Below are positions 1 through 11,302 of a DNA stretch of 64,000 nucleotides, piece after piece. Source of the stretch: Trichodelitschia bisporula (lineage: Eukaryota); assembly GCA_010356995.1 (NCBI GenBank), contig ML996691.1, positions 1,370,174 to 1,434,173 on the forward strand, given 5' to 3'. Every line of letters starts with the position of its first letter. The stretch's first letter is position 1. Under the pieces are notes generated by a model. That model ran no database searches. It saw only the letters and a program-made list of their open reading frames with translations, and was not told where the DNA came from. The position numbers and the translations under genes were made by a program.

Positions 1-2171
1 CAAGTGTTTCAGATGGGAGATATCCTCCTCATTCGCGGTCTCACGCATATTCGAACATCAAGCGCAGTGACCAGCGGCACACAGACAGCCGCATCTTTAA
101 TCCCACCTCCTTACGGGTCAATCTTCTCCACATTCACAGCAAAGGATCTGCGAGAATCGACATCGAATTTCATCAAACTCTTCTCCCCCTTTTATTCATC
201 GCGTCTACCATTTCCTGGGCGAAATTACCCGTTCTGGCCGACAATGCCTTCAAGTGGGTCGCGCGATAATTGCGGCAGCGGGGCCACCGTGACGGATCGC
301 CGACGTTCCCCCGCTCTCGCGCCGACGCGCCCGTCGCCATGGCAGCAGAATCTGACGACGACCGGACCGCCGTCTTCGGCGACCCTCGCACGCAAACCCG
401 TGCCGCCCAGTCGCCATCGGCAGCTCGCATTCTCGCTTGCGCGACTCGCCTCCCGCAAGGGTGTCCCGTGTCGGGAACTGCAGGCGCGATGCGAGGGCAG
501 GAATGGCTGCATCCAGACTTCAGGCCCTCGGTATGCAGTGCCGCACGCGCCTCGCAAAACGCTCGCGGGGTACAAGAAGGACGGGAGAAGGGCGAGATGG
601 CAATGTCAGATTGCGTTGCCCGTTTCCCCTTCCCGTATTGCGGGTGCTAAAATGGGCGCAAAAGAAAATGGATCCCCGGCACCGGGTCCCGGAGTCAGCA
701 TCATCCCGTGTGGGCGGGCTGACAAAGGGGGAGCGGGAGAAGGAAAAGGGAGACGGGAAAGTCACGTGTGGTTTGTGCTGCATTACCGGTACAGCTGCCT
801 GCACACCGGCATAAGGGAGCATGGATGATCCGGGCACATCCGAGCGGATGGGCGCGGACACTAGGATGGGATAAGCAGAAGTCGTGGGCAGCTTGTCCAT
901 GGACATGTCGTGACACGACTGGCCAGCGCTTGCATGCAGCAGCGCGACGGACGGTGAAGCGAGGGTGTCGCTTATATCCCCAACGCTGATGTCATGGTCG
1001 GCACGAGGGACGATGCTCGAGAAGAAGTTTCTTGTCAAACGGATGGTGAGACCGGAGGGAAGGTGTTGATGAGAGAAGAAGACTTGGGCGTGCAAATCAG
1101 AGGCGTTTCGAGGCCGATTCATCGCCGTTGGGCCTCGTTTCGTGCATGCGGCGCCGGCGCAACTTTATCGCCTTGAGCCTATCAGAGACATGCAAGGGCT
1201 CACGGGATGCCTGGTGCAGATGCAGAAAAACGGGCTTGTGGGTTTTAATGTGGCTGGTTGGTAGTCGGGGTGGTGAAGGTGGTGATGAGGTACTTTTGAG
1301 AACTGTGGTTGATGGTAGAGGAATGGTTGAAGAGTGGAGGAGAAATCGAGGCGGGCCGTGATGAATGGATGCCTAGAGACCAAGTGATTTTTATTGCCGT
1401 AGTGATGTCAACAGCAAGGCGTCGCTTAATATTGTGAACCGCTCGGTTCGTGAAGCATCATCATTTGCTTGATCAGTCAGCGACAGCTTGCAGGCATCCT
1501 TGCAATAGGCCCATCGTGCCCGTACCGTCAAGTAACTGGCCCTTGGCTGTGCAGCTGTTGATGAGGCACAAGACGAGCAGATCTGCCCCGCGCCTCGCCG
1601 AGCGGGCTGTATGAATAAGACGATGCCGCCTTGCGGGCGTTGCCTTTAGCTTTTGCTCTCTTGCATGCATCGTGGTTCCCCTCATCCTCCTCATCCTGTC
1701 CGTCTGCTCGCGTGCATCTGGCCCCAAATCGAAGACCAAAGTATCGCCAAAGGGGAGCAGGCAATTTAAATTTGCTCCGCCGAGAGTCCGCCGGAGGACG
1801 CTTGGCCCCAGGCCGTCATCTCCCCTTGGCGAGTTCGCGCGGCGTTAAGGTCCAGTGGGTTTGGCTACCGCGCTTTGGCCTTCTTCTCCCTCCACCCCCC
1901 GGCCCCCTCTCGTCTAGTTCTAGTCTTTGAAGGAGAGAGAGAGAGGACCCAAGCGACAAGAGCCTCTTCCACTAAACGTCTCAAGACGATTCTTCTTCTT
2001 CTTCTTCCTCTTACCTAGCAACTTTTTTCCTCTCCTCTTCCACAACCTCTCGTCATCACCACCTCCTCCCGCCATCTCCAACCTCCTCCACCTTTCGTGT
2101 TCCTTTCGCCACTCCGCACTTTGCAAGTCGCCGACCAGCCGTTCAAACACCGCGTGTAGCACCACCACACC

Positions 2172-2173
<2 letters not shown>

Positions 2174-2241
<68 letters not shown>
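2174..2241. repeat. Poly-C homopolymer (~68 nt) just upstream of the AUR1 start codon
   Basis: Uninterrupted C run read directly; exact length may be assembly-dependent. Confidence 0.9.
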
Positions 2242-2243
<2 letters not shown>

Positions 2244-2291
2244 CGCGGACCTCATACTCCTATACAGCGGACATCCACCGCAGTCTTCGCC

Positions 2292-3759
2292 ATGAAAAAG
2301 ACTATGCTTCCGCTGTCGCTCGACGACTACTCCGCCGCGGGCCTCTCCTCTCCGCGTCTCCCTTCGATCCGCCAACTCATCCCCCACAAGGTGCGCCGCA
2401 AATGGCGAGCAACGAACGCCCGCCTACGCAGCGGCCAGTCGCCGGCCTCAAGCATTACCTCCCTCACAACCTCGTTCGCACCCGCAGACACACTCAAGGC
2501 GTTGCGGTCACATCGCTGGACTTTCTATGACGGACAGTACCTGCTTCTCGCGGTGCTCGGCATCTTTTGTCTCAGCGTCATGGAGATGCCCGGACCGCTG
2601 ATCAAGACGTGTATAGCAACGGCGTTGATGCTGTCGCTCACAATTCCTATCACTCGACAGTTCTTCTTGCCGTTCCTGCCGGTCATTGGGTATCTGGTGC
2701 TGTTCTACTCGTGCAAGTGAGTGCGTATCTGGCACAAAATGACGCCGCTGACCCCTCCACAGATTCATCTCTGGCGAGTACCGTCCGCCTATCTGGGTCA
2801 CTGTCCTTCCGGCCCTCGAGAACATCTTCTACGGAGCCAACCTGAGCAATATCCTCTCGGAACACAAGCACGTTGTGCTGGACGTGCTGGCATGGTTCCC
2901 CTACGGCATCTCGCACTTTGCGTCCCCGGCCATTGTCGGCATTGTCATGTTCATCTGGGCTCCCCCAGGGACCGTGCCCACCTTTGCCCGTGCCTTTGGC
3001 TACATGAACATGGCCGGTGTTGCGACTCAGCTACTGTTCCCTTGTGCGCCGCCCTGGTACGCGAACCTCTACGGACTGGCACCGGCCAACTACAGTGTGA
3101 AGGGGTCTCCTGCCGGACTGGCCGCGATCGACAAGCTCTTCGGCGTCGACATGTACACATCGACCTTCACAGCCTCTCCCATGGTATTCGGCGCTTTCCC
3201 CTCGCTGCACTCGGCAAACGCGACCATCGAAGCCCTGTTCCTGATGCACTGCTTCCCGTCTCTCGCCCCGGCGTTCCTGACCTACGTGCTCTGGATCTGG
3301 TGGGCCACGATGTATCTGTCGCACCACTACGCCATCGACCTCGTAGGCGGCAGTTTATGTAAGTCATTCCTCCACTCCCCCCCCTCTACCTCGCTAACCC
3401 AAAACCCAGTCGCGGGCGTCGCCTTCTTCATCGCCAAGCAAAAGTTCCTCCCCCGCATCCAGCCCGGCAAGAAAACGCGCTGGGACTACGACTACGTCGA
3501 GATCGGCGAGTCGCAGGACACGTATTACACGGGCGTCGGCCGGCAGCGACATGCCCGCGCCCAGTCCGTCGGTCTGTACGGCTACGAGGAGTTCCACAGC
3601 GTTGTTTCCCCGGACTCGGATGAGTGGACTATTGGTTCGAGCAGCAGCGTTGCGAGCAGCCGCTCCCCCTCGAGCAATGCGCGGAGCTCGGCGGAGGGGA
3701 GCGGGTCGTGGGAGGGCGAGACGTTGGCGAGTGGGAGCGAGAGCGAGCGCGGGCGGTAG
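2292..3759 (+). CDS. AUR1: Inositol phosphorylceramide synthase (aureobasidin A resistance protein); exons 2292-2716, 2763-3358, 3410-3759
   Basis: RPPIWV, FPCAPPWY, FGAFPSLHS and MYLSHHYAIDL PAP2-like motifs; GT-AG introns 2717-2762 and 3359-3409 with branch sites restore the frame. Confidence 0.95.
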
Positions 3760-4542
3760 TACGTTGCGTGCTAGTGTGCCAGTCTGCGTTGCGGTTGCAT
3801 AAATGGCGTTTCGTTGTCTCGGGTGGTATGTGGAGTGGTTTGCGGCGGCGTTTACGGTGATACCCGCATACTGCTCAGCCTTTCGCTTTTGTAGTGTTTT
3901 GCATGAATGGGCCAGTAGGCGGCGGCCTGGGGGTCTTTGTATATATTCGCTCGCTTGCTTGCCAAGTGCGTAAAGGCCTGGGCTGGTGGGGACTGTTGGG
4001 CTGGCGCTGGGGGGATTTGTATATGGCGTTCGTTCTTGTAGATGGAGGATGACTCTGTAGGGGAATGATGGATGGATGGGATGCACGGCACGGCGCGTCT
4101 AGCATGGCGGCATGGAGGCTTGGGATGGATGTATATAATAGCGTAATGCTCTAATAGTGGTGGGCGCGAGGGCCTGCTGCTCGTGGTGTGTCTCATCTCT
4201 GCTCTGCTGTGCGGGTTGGTGATGCTGATTTGGCGAGGAGGAAGATGCTTTAGACTATGCTGTTGGCCGATCATGATACGAGTAAACCTCATGCCGGATG
4301 GCACTCCGGTCTCACACACCGTATCCATCTGACAAATACTCAGCCAGGCCGAGCACCCACCAACCGCATCGCCTCCCCTCCGACGTTCCATCCCGTCAGT
4401 ACTGTACCTGGCCATCACGGCCTCACACCCCATCCGTGCCCTACACCATCCCAGTCCCCGCACCGCCACACCCGTCCGCACCGCCTCCGAAAACCCAACG
4501 ACCGACGACGAAACGACACTATAACACAGCATTCAACACTCA

Positions 4543-5636
4543 ATGCCTCCGGCACGCCTAACCCCGCGCCTGCTCCGCGCCCTCGCGGCATCTCACCTAC
4601 TCAACCGCCCGCTCACCTTCTGCGCCCCTCCCCTCACCCTCCCCCGCCTCGCCCTCCGCTCCAGCTCCTCCTCAACCCGCTGGCGCACCCGCCAATCCAG
4701 CGACACATACACCCGCGCCGCGCGCACCCAGGGCCTCAAATCGCGCGCCGCGTTCAAGCTGCTGCAACTCGACGCCAAACACGCGCTCTTCGCCCCTGGG
4801 CAAACTGTCGTAGACCTGGGCTTCGCGCCGGGGAGTTGGAGCCAGGTAGCTGCGGAAAAAGCAAGGGGCGGGCGGGTGGTCGGGATAGATGTTATACCGG
4901 CGCAACCACCAGCGGGGGTGAGTACGTTGCAGGGGAATTTTCTGAGTGGAGAGGTGCAGGAGATGATGCGGGGGTTTTTAAGAGAGGGGGCCTGGGCGGG
5001 GGTGGGGGAGGGGGGAGATAAGGATGGGGAGGGGGGGAAGGTTGGCGGGAAGACGAAGGGGAGGAAGGATGAGAGGAGGAGGGATGCTGAGATGGGCCGC
5101 GTGGTGGATGTGGTTCTGAGTGATATGTCAGCGCCCTGGGAGCCGCAGTCCGGGCGGTGGTTGAGGAGTGTGGCTGAGCCGTATCGCAGGATGATGAACA
5201 CGAGTGGGATTGGGGTGCGGGATCATGCGGGGAGTATGGTGAGTGTTAGATCGGAGTGTGGATTGGGGAGAAGGCTAATGGGTGTACACAGGATCTCGCG
5301 ACCGCGGCGTTGGCGTTTGCGTTCGATATGCTCCGCGCGGGCGGCCATTTTGTGGTTAAGTTCTATCAGGGCGCGGAGGACAAGGTGCTGGAGAGGAGAT
5401 TGAGGGTGTTGTTTGAGAAGGTTTATAGGGAGAAGCCGGAGAGCTCGAGGAGTGTGAGTACCGCTTTTCCTGTTTGCATTGGGTATTTGGGGGGAGGCAT
5501 GGGGTAGGGTGCCGCTGACGGGGAATAGGAGTCGAAAGAAGCGTTCTTCGTTGCCTTAAGGAGGAGCCCGGATGTACCCAGGAAGGACGTCCTGGATGAG
5601 GAGGAGGATGTGTGGAAAGAGGATGAGGACGAGTAG
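4543..5636 (+). CDS. MRM2: FtsJ/RrmJ-family rRNA 2'-O-methyltransferase, mitochondrial type; exons 4543-5238, 5292-5453, 5529-5636
   Basis: SRAAFKL, VVDLGFAPGSWSQ, VDVVLSDM, KFYQG and KPESSR|ESKEAF motifs; presequence-like N-terminus. Confidence 0.9.
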
Positions 5637-7410
5637 GGAATGTGGCAGTTGGGAAAGACCTTAGGTGGAATACAATCTAAAAGAACGGCAAGCAAAAAGC
5701 TCGTCGTCTCGAGATAGCGGAGGAGCCACGAACAATCCCGGAAGACTTTTACTGGGCTTCGACCACGTACATTGCGGACTGGGATCCTTCACACGGCCAG
5801 GATGGTGCTTCACTCCAAAAAGGACGAGTGGCATCAGTGGGCTCGATTCTCAAAACTTGGAACGCTCCGCACCGCGTGCTCTACGGCGGAAAGGAGCACT
5901 GTAGGTGCACCACTCTGACGAAAGAGCAAAAAAGAATCACAAACATACAGCAGTTGGGATTCGCTGCTGGTCACCCACGCAACTACTAGTCAACCGGTTC
6001 GAAGCTTAACTTCAGTGAGCAGACGGGGACTGGTGTGTCTCTTCGACCTATGGCCGTATGTGCTGGACTGCGGCGCGGACTTGATTATACTGGAGAGGTT
6101 TGTGGATCTTGGCCCATCTTCACCGTCGGTGGAGGTCGGCAGAAGAAGCCTCCAGAGTGCAAGCTGTGTATTGGATAGTAAGGGTATAGTAGCTACTAGG
6201 AACCGGATGGTGCTGATATCACCCTCAGCCTTGCCAAGCCTGGATGATATCTTACGAGCAGGCAGTGCTCTCCCCGTGTTCAGGGTGATGTCCCTGGCCA
6301 TGGATTTTCGAGTCGCGGAATGAATCGCAGGCAGTCATCAGGCTCTGCTTCACTGCTGCCGAAGCCGGCCTTGAGTCTGCGGCTCCCCAGAGACAGAGGG
6401 CCAGCCCTGACCTTGCGGGGAGGAGCTCCGGTATCTTGCTAGCTGCGCTTCGTGTCGCTTGACCATAGCATACAAGTCAGATAGCTATCGGGCGTTAAGC
6501 TCGCTTGATACCGTAGGACTTCATAACAGATGATTGCATCGTAGGGAGGACCGTCGGCCACGGTTTACTAATTGCTCCAGCATTCCTCGGGCTGCTCTTT
6601 TCCAAATCCTCCCAACACCCTCAGTTCGACAACATGTGAATATGTAGTACAAGGCACATCGTCCTACTGTGATCCAGCGAAGACCCGTCATTAGCCCACC
6701 ACTCCGCACTTGCACAAACGCCGGGGCCAACCCATACCCATACCTCCGTACTGAGATATGTAGTTATGCACCTTCCATCCAACCCCCACAGCACCAACAC
6801 CACAGCCACACCCAACTCCCCGCCAACACATTCCCCTATCTACGGAGTACTGCGTACAGGCCTCAGCAGCCCCTGCCTATCCGCAGCCAGGGCTTCGACC
6901 GGGGCATATTGGCTGTGGCTGGGCGCGCACCCAACGTGGGGCCCAGACCTCGTCGGGCCTGGCATATTGCAACACGCTTCTCTCAATATGGCCTGATTCA
7001 CCACGACTGCATTAATACTCCCAACTCCCACTTCCAAACCTCATCTTCATCGCCGTCGACGTCGTCCACCTCGCAATCACGTGCCCCCGCAGCCTGAAAC
7101 TCGAAACACAGCCCTACCCCTCCCCTCCAGCCCCCGTCATACTCAGCTGCGCCTCCCGCCCTTGGCCCCGCTGCGCCCCACGCTAAGGCCGGCCCGCTCA
7201 GCACTACGCTTCTAGGGGCCCGCACATGCGACGGCGCGCGCGCTGAATAAACGGCGACGTTTAACCTCCCTCGACTGCAAGCTGACTTGAGTCGCTCCTT
7301 TGTCTACGTTGAACGGCTGCACTTTGACGACATCGAGAACCCGCCCTACACCGCTACGATCTCGCTGTGCTCGCTGCGCTCGCGTGCTCGATCGCTCCGC
7401 AACCGCAACC

Positions 7411-7864
7411 ATGGGCGCGCTGGGCAATCTCATCCCACTCGTCATCCTTGCCATCGTAGTCGGCGGATTCGCCTACGTCGGGTATCAGGTTTGTCACAGT
7501 CTCTTTTCGCGTCTAGAAGAGCGAGCTGACGAGTGGCACGCAGATGTACATCTTCGCCAACGACCTGACGGACCGCGGCGTGCGCAAGCTGGAGAAGAAG
7601 AACATTGCCTTCACCAAGGATGGCGTCAAGGTCCACGTTAAGGAGCTAGGCGCTGAGGAGTATGAGAGCAGGACGCAGAAGTGAGTTTTTTGTTGATGGG
7701 TGTTTGGGGGTGGGGCTGATGAACACAGTGTTCTGGTGAATACGTGGAATAATGCTTCGTTTCCGGCGTATAAGAGTCGGCTTTGGAATACGATGGCCAC
7801 GCCGGCGGGTGGGGCGCCGGCTAAGGAGGGGGTGAAGCCCAGGACCCCGTCGACGCCGCATTGA
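7411..7864 (+). CDS. Small single-TM hypothetical protein; exons 7411-7488, 7544-7680, 7729-7864
   Basis: Two canonical introns with GCTGAC/GCTGAT branch sites join an open frame MGALGNLIPLVILAIVVGGFAYVGYQ-MYIFAND...FTKDGVKV...RTQN-VLVNTWN. Confidence 0.8.
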
Positions 7865-8117
7865 CGGTATCGTGAGGAGAATGTCGTGGGTGGTAACGGT
7901 GGGCACGGTTGGATGGCGTTTTACGGGTCGGATAAGATGGACGCAGGGGACGATGATGGCTTGCGCTCAAATGCCGTTCGAAAGCCGATACACGGCTAGA
8001 TTGTTTCCTAGCCTAGATGCAAACTTTGTTACCAAATCTTGCCGTTCCTGAGATGTCGTCACTATCGTACATGATCTTCGTAATCATCACCATCCAGGAT
8101 ATCCCCCCATATCCAGC

Positions 8118-9922
8118 TTATCCCTTAAATGCCCTCCCAGCAGTCCTCTTCCGCGCCCTCACCCGTGCCAAATCCTCCGCCGCGCGCTCCTTTATCCACT
8201 CGCACGAGTCAACAAAGACACACGTCCCACATTTGTAGGCATGCTCTATGTCGACTCCCCTTGCCGGACGCTCCCCCCGCCACCACCGCATCGTCTCCTT
8301 GACGTATGCCAACAACCCCTCCTCATCATACCCAAACACCTTCCGCCCAATAAACTCCCCCTCCGCACTCAAATACGCCGCCTCCATAACGAGCCCAACG
8401 CCCTCTTGTCCAATCGCCGCTGCATACTCCGCCTGAACAAGGCGCCACAGCGCGCCCAGCGTGCGATACTCATTCGCCTCCCCCGTCCCAGTCTTCTCCT
8501 CACGGTCCCCGTTCTTCAAATCCTCCTCCGTGCCTTTATCCGCCATGCCGCCCACAAACTCCTCACTGAACTCCTCCTCAGGATCAAGGCCCACTCTATT
8601 CCAAATCATCTCGGGGCTAAACTCCCCATTCACCATCTGCGCCAAAAAGCGCCGGTACAAACCGAGCTGCACCTGCGTCCCCTTGAGCTGCGGCGCGGGG
8701 GGCAAAGACTTGGACCCGCGCGTCTTGACGTCCGTAACGTACACCCTCCTCTTCTCCTTCTCCCCCTTCGAAAACGCGTCCAGTCTCACGCGCCCCCGCC
8801 CCGGCGCTGGGTAGGCTAGCTTCGCTCCCGAAAACGCGAGCGCGACTTGCAGCTCGGAATCCGGACAGCTGTACCCCACCTCATCGATAACACCCACGAC
8901 CAGCACACCCTCCACAGACCCCCAGACCTCGAGCTCACGCGTCCTCCCCGTCGCCCTCAACGCCCTCAACCCAGTAATAACATTCCACAACCTTAGCGCC
9001 CAGCGGTCGACCTTGGTCTGCACCGGCACAGGCACAAACTCGTGTACCTCCGCCTCCAGCGCGGCATGTACATTTGTGCCGGATATCATGCGCGCTGTGC
9101 GCGGCAATTTTCCGAAGCGCGACAGGGCGTAATCGTACTGAAGCTCACACCAGGCGGGGCTGGTCAAGTCGGTCACGCTAAGATTGCGTGGGGGCGCTCG
9201 GAAGCGTGCGAGGGGGGAGGAAGATGTAGGCGCCGGGCGGGCGAGGGCGTGCAGCGGGGGCGGGGCAGCTTCGTGCGCGGGACTCGGGGTGTGGTTTGGA
9301 TCTGGCGGGGTGGGCGGGGGTAATACTGCAGACTGTGAGGATCAGACACAGCCGGTTAGGGGGAGAGAGGCTTACTGTTTCCGAGAAGGGATTTAGTGCC
9401 TCCGCTGCCTTTGACTTCGATCGCGATTTTCGCTGCTTCTTGTTTGACGGCGGGGCGGGGGCGGAGGGGGGTTCGGGGGCCGGCGTCCTCGATGTCAGGC
9501 TCGGTTCTGGCGGTTGTGTGTCCGTTTCCGTTTCCCTTGGTTCTAGAGTTTTCGACGTCGGCTCCGCGGCCCAGGCCTTGACTTCCTCCCTGAACAACTC
9601 CACGGGACTCGCCCCGCACGTCCTCGCCCTCGCCACCACCGCCGTCGTAAACATCCGCGGGGCCGACTGCACCCTTAGGCTCACCAGTCTGCCCACCAGC
9701 CTCAAAGGCAGCGGCAAAGTCCACACTCTGTGTATCCCCATTCCCATTGCTGAGTGCATTCGCGCCGAGCGGTGAATTCTCCTGCTCGGCGGCGTTTGCG
9801 GAAAAGGAGCGTACTTCGACGCCCGAGAATTGGGATAGGAGATTGCGGACGATTTCCTCGCCCTCGTCGTCAAAGTCGCTGCCGTAGTCGCTGTTTATAC
9901 TGGGAGTGCTGGTGAGGCCCAT
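8118..9922 (-). CDS. EXO5: Exonuclease V (EXO5/DEM1 family); exons 9922-9376, 9325-8118
   Basis: LSVTDLTSPAWCELQY, RELEVWG, VGVIDE, DVKTRGS and C-terminal KCxxCxFxxxCEW Fe-S cysteines; intron 9326-9375. Confidence 0.9.
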
Positions 9923-10176
9923 CGTTGACGATGTATGCTGCAGTAGTGTGTGGGGGGGGAGGGGGGGCGCGCGGATGCGCCGGCGCGTATGTGGTGCGGT
10001 TGCGTTTGTGGAGCGGAAGCGTGCGTTTACGGTAGTGTGTTTGGGTCACGTGGGAGGCTGATGGTGGGGATGCGGTTGAGTGTGATGTCAAGGCTACGGG
10101 CATTGGAGTCTGCCTGCAATCGAGGCCTATAACTCTATCATTCACATTACCTATTCACCCCCCCTCCATGGAGTAT

Positions 10177-10465
10177 AAAAATGCTTCACAGAGCAAAAAG
10201 CTCGGCTCTGGCAAGTCATGCCAGACTTACGAAAACCCCTTCACCAGGATTTTACTACTGCCCCAACACCGTCGTCACGGGGGACAGGTGCTTCACTCCG
10301 TCGTCACGGAGGAGCGACTACTCCGTTCCGTCGTCACGGAAGACTAGTTTCCTGTCGACGAGTCCTGCCAGCGAGCTTCGAACGCGTTCTCTCTGAACCG
10401 TCCCTCGACTGGGTGGAATCTTCCTGTTTCGTGACGACCACGAAATTACCTGCGCCAGTTTGGGC
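10177..10465 (-). ncRNA. Candidate Pol III structured RNA / tRNA-headed SINE, copy 1
   Basis: Minus strand: A-box-like TGGCGCAGGT (10457-10448), B-box-like GTTCGAAGC (~10383-10375), several hairpins, T5 runs at 10199-10195 and 10181-10177; homologous to copy 2. Confidence 0.4.
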
Positions 10466-10752
10466 TTAGGGGCCAGCAGTTGGTTGATACTGTGTTTTAT
10501 TCTTAAGCCGAACGGGGGGTCAGATGAAGGCTTTTAGTTCTGGTGGATGTGTTAGATGCAATTGCAGAACAGTAAGAGTTTCTTCAACTGACTAGAACTA
10601 CGTATGTGGTCTGCGATATTGGATGCGAGCCGATCCAAATGCGATGCCAGTTCAGAATCTCGGTAAAAGGCAAGCAAAAGCGTAATGCAAAGTACTGCTT
10701 ATTTCCCGCCGTAGGTGAACCTCCGCGGTTCAAAAACAAGCGTTTAAGAGCG

Positions 10753-10783
10753 ATGAGATGCGTGAGATGCGTGAGATGCGTGA
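10753..10783. repeat. Short tandem repeat (TGAGATGCG)x3
   Basis: Read directly. Confidence 0.75.
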
Positions 10784-10896
10784 ATTGAATTGTTGCCCGG
10801 AAGAGGTGCTTCAGAGAAAGTTAAGTTAAAAATGGTTCGATGAGGCGCTTCTTCCACGAGTCACTTCGGGATCCTCACCGCTGCCGCGATGCGGAC

Positions 10897-11160
10897 AAAA
10901 AATGCTTCAAAGAGCAAAGACCTCAACTGTGACAAGAATCTTTACTTGCCAGATCTATGAAAACCCCTTTCGGGATTTTACAACTGCCATCTCCTTCTTG
11001 GATGGTGTACAAATCTTTGCTCGTGAACGAAATCTCAAAGACATCGCTCTCCGAGTGCTGCCAGCGAGGTTCGAACGCGCTCCCTCAGGACCCGCGCCCT
11101 CAACTGGGTTCTTCTGGTTCGAGCCTCTCCAAAGACAACCCGACCACTAACCACATCACT
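10897..11160 (-). ncRNA. Candidate Pol III structured RNA / tRNA-headed SINE, copy 2
   Basis: Minus strand: A-box-like TGGTTAGTGGT (11153-11143), B-box GTTCGAACC (~11076-11068), GAAA-tetraloop hairpin (10979-10960), long-range helix, T6 end (10902-10897). Confidence 0.45.
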
Positions 11161-11302
11161 TCAGCGATTGGTGCTAGCACCTGAAAAAAACAAAAAAACA
11201 TTCATAATTGTGATTGGCGTAGTAATAGCAAGCATTGACGCGACGTAGGTACATCCGACTTCGTGAACCTCCAAAGAGCCACTCGCCCATGCCTTCCACA
11301 CC

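Noticed and set aside
4..1930. Several 100-270 aa ORFs upstream of AUR1
   Set aside because: No recognisable domain, overlapping in all frames, mostly non-ATG starts; expected by chance in GC-rich DNA
5990..7100. ORFs of 100-140 aa between MRM2 and the small TM gene
   Set aside because: No motifs or supporting splice structure; cannot support as genes
10269..10341. Palindromic repeats with unique spacers resembling a mini CRISPR array
   Set aside because: Only three 12-16 nt units with ~15-nt spacers, eukaryotic context and no cas genes
10902..11150. 82-aa plus-strand ORF (MLQRAKTS..) as the explanation of the 10.2/10.9 kb duplication
   Set aside because: Frame is not preserved in the other copy while minus-strand hairpins are; the ATG is simply the complement of the CAT before the T-run. 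Not fully excluded
11055..11181. Complete tRNA (including tRNA-Sec) on the minus strand
   Set aside because: T-arm and acceptor-like pairing are present, but I could not build a convincing D-arm or anticodon arm
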